Shown: positions 9,721 through 19,197 of the stretch, piece after piece
Position numbering within the stretch: the stretch's first letter is position 1
Layout: every line of letters starts with the position of its first letter
IMG/VR virus record: IMGVR_UViG_3300028886_000042
Direction: 5' to 3' (one strand)
DNA: 64,000 nt
DNA from: a virus
Taxonomy: Duplodnaviria; Caudoviricetes
The notes under the pieces: model-generated
What the model was told of the DNA's origin: nothing
Seen by the model: the letters and a program-made list of their open reading frames with translations, nothing else
The model's database searches: none
Made by a program: the position numbers and the translations under genes

Positions 9721-10857
9721 ATGCGAAAAGGACAGCCTAAGAAATTTATAACACCGATGAACTTCAGAAGGAAATCATACGGTACTGAGAGGAGGAGAAA
9801 CTTTGCAAAGGAAATACTGTACAAGGAAACGGAATTTCCCAAACCTCTGAACTATGAGGATATTGACTATGCGTTCGAGGAATTTGTAAAGGAATCCGTG
9901 GCAAAGTTCAATAATGAAGTATATCCGGTATTTACGCTGTACAGTAACCAGCGTTTCAGTGAATATTCACAGAATTGGGAACATACCGACTCGGAAGGTA
10001 ACCTGCTTCTTAACTTCATAACAATGAACAGGGACAATAACCCTAAACCAGGTTCTAATCAGGGAGACTTAAGAAATATTCCCGGTGACAGATTCTATAC
10101 CATGTCCGTAAAAACGGTTCTTGATGATAACGGTACTGAAAGCTATGAGATATACTCAATGAAACAGCCTTACAGCGTCGATTTACAATACAGAATAAAT
10201 TTCGTCACCTCAACCTTTGAGAAGATAAACGGATTCAATAACAGGATAAACGAGCTTTTCAAGTCAACACAGTGCTACATAAGGCCCAACGGTCATTTCA
10301 TACCTATGGTTGTTGAAGAGGTCAATGACGAGACTTCATACAGTGTAGATGAACGTAAATTCTTCGTACAGTCAATCGGAATCAAGGTCATGGCTTATAT
10401 AATAAACAGCACTGACTTCAGGATTGACAAGAGACCCAAACGAATAATCATGATGTCTGAAGGTGATGCAAAGAGACCTTCACCAAAGGTTGACATTGAG
10501 GAATACACCTCTGAAAATCCGTTAAGGAACCGTGCTGTTGACATAACAATATCATTCGAGGAATATCATGACAAGGTTGAATTCGTGATAGATACGGACG
10601 TGAACATAGAAACATTCAGTGAAACGAATATAAGGAGTTTCAGGGTTTTCGTCAACGGTACTATGTACTACACTGAAAAGGGTTTCAGTCTGAAGAACGG
10701 TGATAACGTGAAGATTAAGATAAACAGATTCGACATGTCTGATAAATCGGAACTCGTTTTCAAAGGATATAACCCTAACGAAGTGTACAACTCGGAAATT
10801 GTACCTGAAAACGTAAGCGACGAACCCGTAAAAGAGGAAAGAATCATTATTGAATAA
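9721..10857 (+). CDS. Tail terminator/completion protein (T4 gp15-like)
   Basis: DIDYAFEEFV, PYSVDLQYRINF; located between neck and sheath. Confidence 0.6.
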   Translation: MRKGQPKKFITPMNFRRKSYGTERRRNFAKEILYKETEFPKPLNYEDIDYAFEEFVKESVAKFNNEVYPVFTLYSNQRFSEYSQNWEHTDSEGNLLLNFITMNRDNNPKPGSNQGDLRNIPGDRFYTMSVKTVLDDNGTESYEIYSMKQPYSVDLQYRINFVTSTFEKINGFNNRINELFKSTQCYIRPNGHFIPMVVEEVNDETSYSVDERKFFVQSIGIKVMAYIINSTDFRIDKRPKRIIMMSEGDAKRPSPKVDIEEYTSENPLRNRAVDITISFEEYHDKVEFVIDTDVNIETFSETNIRSFRVFVNGTMYYTEKGFSLKNGDNVKIKINRFDMSDKSELVFKGYNPNEVYNSEIVPENVSDEPVKEERIIIE

Positions 10858-10874
10858 ATTTTCTTCAGAACGTC

Positions 10875-10910
10875 AAAAAAAGCAAGCATCAGAAAGAGTG
10901 CTTGTTTTTT
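10875..10910 (+). terminator. Intrinsic terminator (possibly bidirectional)
   Basis: A-tract-GCAAGCA...TGCTTG-TTTTTT. Confidence 0.7.
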
Positions 10911-10915
10911 CCGTT

Positions 10916-11043
10916 CCAGACCTGGGTCTAGTACTAGTAATATCTTACTTAAGTTTATTTTTTTATATTTTAATTATATAAAAAAATACTAGTACTAGTA
11001 AGTATACCAAAAGAAAAAGAAAATATATAAAAGAAAAAGAAAA
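10916..11043. repeat. Palindrome and direct-repeat cluster (origin candidate)
   Basis: CTAGTACTAGTAA at 10928-10940 and 10989-11001; AT-only inverted repeat between them; AAAAGAAAAAGAAAA at 11009-11023 and 11029-11043. Confidence 0.6.
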
Positions 11044-11144
11044 GGTAAAAACAGCCTTAAAGGAACGACTGATATGCTATTCTTGTTTTTCGTTAAAAAA
11101 TGGATGATAAATATCATGTTTACGTACTTTTAGGTTTTCGCCTG

Positions 11145-11154
11145 ATATTTATTA
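11145..11154 (+). promoter_or_regulatory. Putative late promoter ATATTTATTA
   Basis: Upstream of sheath gene. Confidence 0.6.
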
Positions 11155-11183
11155 TAAAATAATTTGTTAAATAAAAGAACATA

Positions 11184-14100
11184 ATGGCAAATACAAGTAA
11201 TAATAGTACAAGACGGACTCACGTAAGCCCCGGTGTCTATACAAGAGAAATCGAGCTTAATTACGCAGCAAAGTCCCTTGGTATCACTACTTTAGGACTT
11301 GCCGGTGAAACTGTTAAAGGCCCTGCATTCCAACCCATTCCAATTGAGAATTGGAGACAGTACCAGCAGTATTTCGGAGGTACGGACACTGAGAAGTTCA
11401 GAGGAAGTCAATATCCTAAGTATGAGTTACCATATATTGCACAGTCATATTTGAAACAGTCTAATCAGTTGGAAGTTGTACGTGTATTAGGTCTGTCCGG
11501 TGTTAACGCAGGCCCTGTATGGATTGCAACGGCAGTTGGTAAAGGGAAATATAACAATATGCCTTTATTCGTACTTCGTTCAAGAGGAGAACATCTTAAG
11601 GCTTCATTCAAGAAAGAAGGTCAAGACGGTTGTCCTGATGAGTATGAATATGACACTATCAGATATTATACCAAATCAGTTACATTAAGTGCCCCTTCTG
11701 ATATTACAAATGACAGTCAATGTACACCAACGGCAACAATCACGACTACTAGAAATTGGCAAGATTTGAATGTCAACAACTATGGCCGTTTCACTATTGA
11801 TGTTAAACGATATGATGATGAAGGAGATGCTAGTAAACATTACAGTGTATCATTGAATCCCGGTGATAAAGACTACATCAAGAAAGTAATCGGAACCGAC
11901 CCTGAAATAGGTGATGCTGAAATCTATGTTGAGGAGGTATATGACGTTGCTCTCGGTAAACTGATTGAAAGTGGTGACATTACCCAAATCAACACAACTT
12001 TAGTTTACTATGATTACAAGTACATTAAACCTTCACATGCAGATGTTGATGACATTGTATTACAGGAGGAAGATACGCTCAGACGCAGTGATGTAGGTAA
12101 GCGTATGCTTTATACAAGCGAATCGGTTAACGGAAATGGAGATAAACTTGAAGTCCATATAAAGGGTACAAACGGAAAATGGACTAAAGACTATGGTACT
12201 GACGGTGTAATATATACTGTCGTTGCTTATACAACAACCGAAGGAAAACGTGTATACTACTATGGTACAGAAGCTGGTAAAGAGGAGCAGATAAAAGCAC
12301 CGACTACCGGTAGTGATACAGATGAACATCTGTACACAGAGGCTGCAATGGTTCTGTCACGCGGTTCTTATTACATTAAACCTCAAAGTTCAGAAATTGT
12401 TGTACCTTTGACACTTGATACAAACAACTATAAGGAGCAGTACAGATTCGCTTCTACACCTTGGGTACTGTCAGAACTTAAGGGTGATGCCAAGAATATC
12501 GAGGTTAATAAACTGTTCAGATTCCATACCATTTCAGACGGTGATTCCTCAAATACTGAGGTTAAGATTTCAATTGAGAATATTGACGTTTCAAACGGTA
12601 CGTTCGATGTTGTTGTACGTGATTTCTATGATGCAGATGATTCTCAGATTGTTTACGAGAGATTCAAGGGTGTTAACCTTATCCCCGGTGATAAGAACTA
12701 CATTTCACTGAGAATCGGTTCGTATGATGAGGAATATGAGAATGTTTCAAGTTTTATTACTGTAGAAGTCAACGAGAACGAAAAGACAGCACATTCTATT
12801 CCATGCGGTTTCATGGGTTATCCTGTAAGAAACTATAACGGTACAGGTGTTGTTACGCCAAATGTGACTACACAAAATTTACCTTCAATTCCATATGTAG
12901 TCTATAATACGAATGTTGACGAGGATATAAGAATCACAAAGCAGTACTTCGGTATTTCAAATATTACCGGTTTCGATACCGACCTGTTGAAGTACAAGGG
13001 TGTTGAGACTTATGATGACAACACATTCACTGACTGCTTCCACCTTGATTCACGTATTCTTACAGCAGGAGAACAATCTTCGGAATCCACAGAAACACAG
13101 GAAATCACTATTGACGGTGTAGGCGGTTTCACATGGCAGACCGTAGGTATCGGAAATCAGACCATGTACGGTGTTATGCCTAAGATGGGTACTGAGGAAG
13201 ATGTAGCAGAGACAATCTATGAAGATAAGAGATACCGTAAGTTCACATTTGCATTCTACGGCGGTTTCGACGGTTGGGACTATTACAGAACTTCAAGAGG
13301 CAACGGTGATGACTTCAGATATACCAAGTACAAGGGTTCAATTGACAAGGTATCAGGACAAGGTACTATGGTATCAGTATTGAATAATCCGGAAGCATAC
13401 GGTTTCGACGAGGATGAGAAGATTCTGAACTCAGACTACTATGCATATCTGTCAGCTTACCGCAAGTTCGCTAACCCGAAGGCTATTGACATTAACGTGT
13501 TTGCAACTCCCGGTATTGACTACGTAAATCAGAATTCACTCGTAGGCGAGGTTATCACAATGATTGAGGAGGAACGTGCAGACTCTGTATATGTTGTTAC
13601 AACACCTGACAAGCCTTATGGAGCCAGTGATTCGGAGTTCGAAATGTTCACGCCTTCTGATGCAGTAATGAATCTTGAGGAATCTGAAATCGACAGTAAC
13701 TATACATGTACTTACTATCCATGGTGCAAGTATTTCGATGCAGACAGCAACAAGTTCATCTATCTGCCTCCTACACGCGACGTAGTACGTAACTTCGCAT
13801 ATACCGACAATACCAAATATCCATGGTTCGCAGCAGCCGGATGGTATCGCGGTGAAATCGAGGACAGCGGTGTAAAGCCTAAGAAGTCACTTAAACTCGG
13901 TGAACAGGATATCCTCTATGCAAACCGACTGAACTTCATTAACACCTTTGCAAAGGAAGGCATGAAGGTATGGGGTGACAAGAACCTGCAAGTACATGAG
14001 AGTCAGATGAACAGAATCTCAAAGAGACGTTTGCTGCTGAGAATCAGAAAACTATGCTCAATCGCTTGTATCGGACTTATTTTCGACCCGAACGACAATA

Positions 14101-14321
14101 ATACAAAGCAGTCATTTGAAAGTGCCGTTAAACCGGTTCTTGACAATGTAATGGCTAACCGTGGTATTGCTGATTGGAAACTTGAAGTTGATGACAGTCA
14201 GGAAGCAAGGGATAGAATGGAAATTCCTGCAAAGATATACATTCAAGTAATTCCGAATACAGAATTTATTGATATTTCCTTCAGTGTCACCCCGCAAGGG
14301 AGTAATTGGGACAATATTTAA
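11184..14321 (+). CDS. Contractile tail sheath protein
   Basis: VSPGVYTREI, GETVKGPAF, FATPGID, YPWFAAAG, WGDKNLQ, RRLLLRI, FDPND. Confidence 0.95.
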   Translation: MANTSNNSTRRTHVSPGVYTREIELNYAAKSLGITTLGLAGETVKGPAFQPIPIENWRQYQQYFGGTDTEKFRGSQYPKYELPYIAQSYLKQSNQLEVVRVLGLSGVNAGPVWIATAVGKGKYNNMPLFVLRSRGEHLKASFKKEGQDGCPDEYEYDTIRYYTKSVTLSAPSDITNDSQCTPTATITTTRNWQDLNVNNYGRFTIDVKRYDDEGDASKHYSVSLNPGDKDYIKKVIGTDPEIGDAEIYVEEVYDVALGKLIESGDITQINTTLVYYDYKYIKPSHADVDDIVLQEEDTLRRSDVGKRMLYTSESVNGNGDKLEVHIKGTNGKWTKDYGTDGVIYTVVAYTTTEGKRVYYYGTEAGKEEQIKAPTTGSDTDEHLYTEAAMVLSRGSYYIKPQSSEIVVPLTLDTNNYKEQYRFASTPWVLSELKGDAKNIEVNKLFRFHTISDGDSSNTEVKISIENIDVSNGTFDVVVRDFYDADDSQIVYERFKGVNLIPGDKNYISLRIGSYDEEYENVSSFITVEVNENEKTAHSIPCGFMGYPVRNYNGTGVVTPNVTTQNLPSIPYVVYNTNVDEDIRITKQYFGISNITGFDTDLLKYKGVETYDDNTFTDCFHLDSRILTAGEQSSESTETQEITIDGVGGFTWQTVGIGNQTMYGVMPKMGTEEDVAETIYEDKRYRKFTFAFYGGFDGWDYYRTSRGNGDDFRYTKYKGSIDKVSGQGTMVSVLNNPEAYGFDEDEKILNSDYYAYLSAYRKFANPKAIDINVFATPGIDYVNQNSLVGEVITMIEEERADSVYVVTTPDKPYGASDSEFEMFTPSDAVMNLEESEIDSNYTCTYYPWCKYFDADSNKFIYLPPTRDVVRNFAYTDNTKYPWFAAAGWYRGEIEDSGVKPKKSLKLGEQDILYANRLNFINTFAKEGMKVWGDKNLQVHESQMNRISKRRLLLRIRKLCSIACIGLIFDPNDNNTKQSFESAVKPVLDNVMANRGIADWKLEVDDSQEARDRMEIPAKIYIQVIPNTEFIDISFSVTPQGSNWDNI

Positions 14322-14355
14322 TTAACTAAAAATTAGTAATTTATATAACTTTATT

Positions 14356-14387
14356 AAAGTGGGAGTGTAAATAACTTCCACTTTTTT
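14356..14387 (+). terminator. Intrinsic terminator after sheath
   Basis: AAAGTGGGAGT-loop-ACTTCCACTTT-TTT. Confidence 0.75.
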
Positions 14388-14408
14388 ATATAAAAATAAC
14401 ATTATTTA

Positions 14409-14442
14409 TTTGTAAGTTATCCGAAAAAGCAGTAGTTTTGCA
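14409..14442 (+). promoter_or_regulatory. Bacteroidota promoter TTTG-N20-TAGTTTTGCA; near-leaderless
   Basis: Consensus; ATG 14446 lies 6 nt after the G. Confidence 0.75.
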
Positions 14443-14445
14443 CAA

Positions 14446-16104
14446 ATGAGAGAAAAAAGGTCATTTGAAGATACATTAAAGTTATTCAGGGAAGTACACG
14501 GTGACAGATATGAATACAACAAAGATACATATCATGGAAGTTCTGATAAGATGGAAATGAAATGCCGTGTTTGTGGTAATGTATTCTATCAGACCCCTAA
14601 CAAGCATTTAATGGGAAGAGGATGTCCGGTATGTGGAAAAACAAAAAAACTCACAACGGAAGAGTTTATTTCAAGGGCAAAGGAAAGATACGGTGATAAA
14701 TTCACCTATGAAAAAACAGAATACACAAATCAGAGGGCAAAACTTATAGTTACCTGTAATATACATGGTGATATTGAAGTCAATGCAAAGCAGTTTCTTA
14801 ACGGTTGCGGATGCAAAAAGTGCAGAGAGGATGAATATAACAGATTCAAGTCGGAATTTGAAGAAAGGGCACGTAAAATACACCCTATTGAAGAAGAATT
14901 AGACTATTCTGAGAGTGTTTATGTGAATAATCATACCCCTTTAAGGATAATATGCCATAAAAAAGATGAATACGGTATTGAACACGGCGTATTTTATCAG
15001 ACACCGGCACATCATATGAGCGGTCAGGGCTGTCCTAAATGTAACGGAAACCTAAAAATGACACCGGATGAGTTTATTTCCAAGGCAAAAACGGTTCATG
15101 GTGATAAATTCACTTATTTTAGTGAAAAATACGTTTCATACAATGAAAGTACGGAGATAAAATGCAACAAATGCGGAAAAATATTCAGACAGACCCCACA
15201 TAATCACCTTTTAGGCAAGGGATGCCCGTTCTGTGGCTGTAATATATCGAAACCTGAGTCCGATATTAACGAATTCATATCAAAATATGCAAAAACATAC
15301 ACAAATAACCGTAAAATACTTGATAATTCAAAAGAAATTGACATTTTAATTGAAAATAAACCTATAGCATTTGAATATGACGGACTTATATGGCATTCAG
15401 AGAAATTCGGAAAGGATAAAAACTATCATTTAAGAAAAACAGACGAATGCATGGAAAAAGGTATACAGTTATATCATATCTTCGAAGATGAATGGGTTTT
15501 TAAGCGTAAAATAGTCGAATCAAGGATAAAAAACATACTGGGTGTTACCGAAAACAGAATATTTGCAAGGAAATGTACGATAAACGAACTGAACTACAGT
15601 GATACAAGAAAATTCCTTAATGAAAACCATATTCAGGGTGAATGTAACTCAAAATACAACTACGGACTTTACTATAAAGGTGAACTGGTATCTGTAATGA
15701 CGTTCGGACATCTAAGGAAAAACCTCGGAAGTAACGGTAATGAAAATGAATACGAACTGTTAAGGTTCTGTAATAAACTTGATACAACAGTTGTAGGCGG
15801 TGCTTCAAAACTTCTGAAATATTTCACTGACAGACTTAAACCTGAACGTATTATCAGTTATGCCGACAAAAGATGGAGTAACGGTAATCTGTATAGACAA
15901 TTAGGCTTTACACATATAAAGGACAGTAAACCGGGTTATTTCTATGTAATAGGACAGAAAAGGGAAAACAGATTCAAATACCGTAAGGATGTACTGGTAA
16001 AAGAAGGTTTCGACAAGAATAAAAGCGAATATGAAATAATGATAGGCAGAGGTATATACAGAATATATGACTGTGGAATGATGGTTTTTGAAAAGAAATT
16101 TTAA
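14446..16104 (+). mobile_element. Free-standing Hef-like homing endonuclease (4 Zn-finger repeats + nuclease + GNAT/Mom-like domain), paralog of 2500..4185
   Basis: EIDILI..AFEYDGLIWHS; VVGGASKLL; ISYADKRWS; NLYRQLGF. Confidence 0.75.
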
Positions 16105-16115
16105 TTAAAATAGAT

Positions 16116-16385
16116 ATGTTTGAGAAATTTAAGGATTTTTTCCGTAATCTAAAAAGAAAAGAGAATAAAACATGCATATCTGATGATTTTTGCTTAACAG
16201 TGACTTTCGGTGATAATGCATGGAGAATTGAGAGCAAGCCGATTGAAGGAAAATCAAATATCAAACTGTTTGCTGATAATAAGATTGTTTTTGAAGGTTC
16301 ATATTCTGAACTTGTTTCAAAAATTAAGGAAATTAATGCAATTAAACCTTTTATAAAAACAATTTATGAAAATAAGCTATATTGA
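16116..16385 (+). CDS. Small hypothetical protein with N-terminal amphipathic helix
   Basis: MFEKFKDFFRNLK..., 89 aa. Confidence 0.6.
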   Translation: MFEKFKDFFRNLKRKENKTCISDDFCLTVTFGDNAWRIESKPIEGKSNIKLFADNKIVFEGSYSELVSKIKEINAIKPFIKTIYENKLY

Positions 16386-16399
16386 ACTATATTTATAAC

Positions 16400-16581
16400 A
16401 AGAGGAGGGTCGTTACTTCTTTCACGCCCTCCAATCGAAACTCGTTACAGACGTACTGCCAATGAAAATGGTTGTGCTGCAAAATACTTGTAGGCAACTT
16501 AGTGCTTTAAACAACTTTATGTTGGTAGGTACAGACAAGCATTCATAAAAGAGGATGTGTTTAATGATACACCCTCTTTTT
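16400..16581 (+). ncRNA. Candidate ~180-nt structured RNA between a late-type motif (16389-16397) and a terminator
   Basis: Own promoter motif and terminator; multiple stems; more GC-rich than flanks; only a 28-codon ORF inside. Confidence 0.5.
16547..16581 (+). terminator. Intrinsic terminator closing the candidate RNA
   Basis: AAAAGAGG-ATGTGT-loop-ATACAC-CCTCTTTTT. Confidence 0.7.
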
Positions 16582-16619
16582 ATAATTGAGTTAAATCCTA
16601 TATGTCTCCCAAATCAAAC

Positions 16620-16656
16620 AAAAAAAGAAGGTAACAGATAACTACCTTCTTATTTT
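16620..16656 (-). terminator. Intrinsic terminator of tail tube gene
   Basis: AAGAAGGTA/TACCTTCTT stem with A-tract on the left. Confidence 0.7.
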
Positions 16657-16677
16657 TATGTACGTAAAAAAAATGAA

Positions 16678-17166
16678 TTAGAAACTCAAGATACAATACT
16701 GAGGTCTGATAGTCAATGTGATTTCAGCCAAAGAATCATCATCATAACTCAATTCACCGAATTCTACATTTGTAATCATAGCAGATTTTATAATCCATTG
16801 AGAAACTGCTGTTCCTGTCGGATCGAGCATTTCCAGTATCAAATCTCTCTTATAAGCAGCAGCATAGCCTTGTCGTCCGGTAATAGATTCTGAATGTAAT
16901 CTTACCCATTCCATTACTGCCTGTGAAGCAGAAGGGCCGATTGGGTCTCTAAGTGTTACATTTATATTTTCCCAGATATAGCGTCCAACTACCCAGCTTG
17001 AAGTATTAAGGAACTGTATTTCAGTCTCATTTTGGCTCAGTTTTGGACGTGAACAAGAAGCTACCCACCACTCCTGTATGCCTAAGTCAGAGGGAAATCT
17101 GAGCAAGAATCGGTTTTTGCGAAGTGGCTCATACTCCGTCGGCATCTTCAAAATTAAATCTCCCAT
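16678..17166 (-). CDS. Tail tube protein (T4 gp19-like)
   Basis: EPLRKNRF, GRYIWENINVTLRD, VMEWV, YKRDLILEMLD, GELSYD. Confidence 0.9.
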   Translation of the reverse strand: MGDLILKMPTEYEPLRKNRFLLRFPSDLGIQEWWVASCSRPKLSQNETEIQFLNTSSWVVGRYIWENINVTLRDPIGPSASQAVMEWVRLHSESITGRQGYAAAYKRDLILEMLDPTGTAVSQWIIKSAMITNVEFGELSYDDDSLAEITLTIRPQYCILSF

Positions 17167-17223
17167 GTCAATAAGTCAATTATATTTTTTTATTTTTATA
17201 TTCTCTTTTTAATATTTTTCAAT

Positions 17224-17311
17224 TATAAATATGTTAAATTATGTTTTTTCCTTGTTTTTTCGGTGTATTTGCAGTATTTTTGCAAAAGGAACTAATATTT
17301 ACTTATAAATA
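17224..17311. promoter_or_regulatory. Overlapping divergent control region: late motifs on - (17224-17232, 17304-17311) and host promoter TATTTTTGCA on + (17275-17284)
   Basis: Motifs visible directly. Confidence 0.6.
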
Positions 17312-17322
17312 CTGAAACTATA

Positions 17323-19179
17323 ATGACAAAAGAAGAGAGAACCGAGAGATTCAAATTAAAGGCTGTAAAAGTTCATAAGGGCTATTACATATATGATAAA
17401 GTAGATTATGTAAATAATACCACAAAGGTATGTATAATATGTCCTTTGCATGGAGAGTTCTGGCAAGAGCCTTCTTCGCATTTACGTGGCGGTACATGTC
17501 CTAAGTGTGCAAATAAAAGGAGGGGTGATGCATTAAGGGGTAATAGGGAAGAATTTATTGAAAGAGCAAAAGAAACACATGGTGACAAATATGATTATTC
17601 AAAGGTTGTATATGAAAGTATGATGAAACCTGTTGAGATAATATGTTCTGAACATGGTTCTTTTTGGCAAATTCCCATGCAGCATGTAAAAGGGCAGGGA
17701 TGTCCTAAGTGTGCAGGACGTTACAGGACAAATGATGAAATTATCAGAATGATGAAAGAAGCACATCCTGATGACAATTACGATTACAGTAAGGTTGAGT
17801 TCACTAAGATGCACAACAAGGTTTGCATAATATGTCCTGAGCATGGAGAGTTTTGGCAAACACCGGCAAAGCATATCAGAGGTCAGGGCTGTCCTAAATG
17901 TGGAAACAGCAAGAGTAATAAAAACAGAAGGATTACAGTTGAAAAATTCAAGGAGAAGTGCAGTGTATTACACAACGGAAAATATAATTATGACAAAGTG
18001 GAATTTGATAACGTACATGATAAGGTTAAGATAGTTTGTCCTGTTCACGGTGAATTTGAACAAATTGCCTGTGACCACCTTAATGGACATGGGTGTACGC
18101 AATGTGCTATAGATAAATCTAAGTCAAACACAGAGGAATTCATAAGAAAATCAAGGGAAATACATGGTGACAAGTATGGTTACTCAAAGGTTGAATATAA
18201 AGGTTCTAAAAATAAGGTATGCATAATATGTCCTGAGCATGGAGAGTTCTGGCAGACACCTGAATCACATTTAAAGGGTTGTGGATGTCCTAAGTGCGGA
18301 AAGATTATTTCAAAGGGTGAGGAGGAAATCTATGATTTCGTAAGTAATTTAGTCGGTTCCGATAATATCATAAGGAATGACCGTGAAATACTTGACGGTA
18401 AGGAGATTGACATATACATACCGTCATTAAAAATCGGAATAGAGTACAACGGTGTTGTATGGCATTCTGAGAAATTCGGAAAGGATAAGAATTATCATGT
18501 GGACAAGCTGAACTGTGCAAATGAAAAGGGTATTAGCCTTATTCAGATATTCGAGGATGAGTTTATAGACCACAAGGAAGTTGTTTTTGCAAAAATAAGG
18601 CATACGTTAGGGTTTGACAAGTATCAGGAAAAGGTTTACGGAAGAGAGTGTACCATAAGGGAAATAGACAAAGAGACAGCAAGGGAGTTCCTTGACAGAA
18701 ATCATATACAGGGTTATGCCATATCCTCAAAGCATTTGGGTGCTTATCATAATGACAGCCTTATAGGTGTAATGTCATTCAACATACTGAAGATAGGCGG
18801 TGCAGAATGGGAACTTACGAGGTTTGCGACTGATATAACAAAGTTGTGTTGCGGGGTAGGAGGTAAATTACTTAAGTATTTCATAAAGTGTTACAGACCC
18901 TTATATATAAAGTCATTTGCTGACAGAAGATGGACTGTTAATCAGAATGATAATCTCTATACGAAGTTAGGTTTTGTTCTTGATAATATACTACCACCGG
19001 ATTACAGATATATTGAGACCGGCTCATATAAGAGAATACACAAGTTCAATTACAGGAAGAACATACTCAGCAAGAAATATAAGTTACCGTTATATATGAC
19101 AGAGAGTGAAATGTGTAATGAAATCGGAGCAGACAGGGTTTGGGACTGTGGTTTGCTTAAATATGTTTGGAGAAAATAG
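17323..19179 (+). mobile_element. Free-standing Hef-like homing endonuclease (5 Zn-finger repeats + nuclease + GNAT/Mom-like domain)
   Basis: Five CxxHG.F.Q....H..G..C..C units; EIDIYIP..GIEYNGVVWHS; GVGGKLL, SFADRRW, NLYTKLGF. Confidence 0.75.
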
Positions 19180-19197
19180 CATATTTATAATAAAGAT

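Noticed and set aside
16462-16548. 28-codon ORF MKMVVLQNTCRQLSALNNFMLVGTDKHS
   Set aside because: Start is buried in the long stem and lacks the A-rich leader of real genes here; kept only as the alternative to the ncRNA call
17304-17311. T4-type TATAAATA promoter for the nuclease at 17323
   Set aside because: Other occurrences fit the opposite orientation; better read as a minus-strand motif for the tube gene
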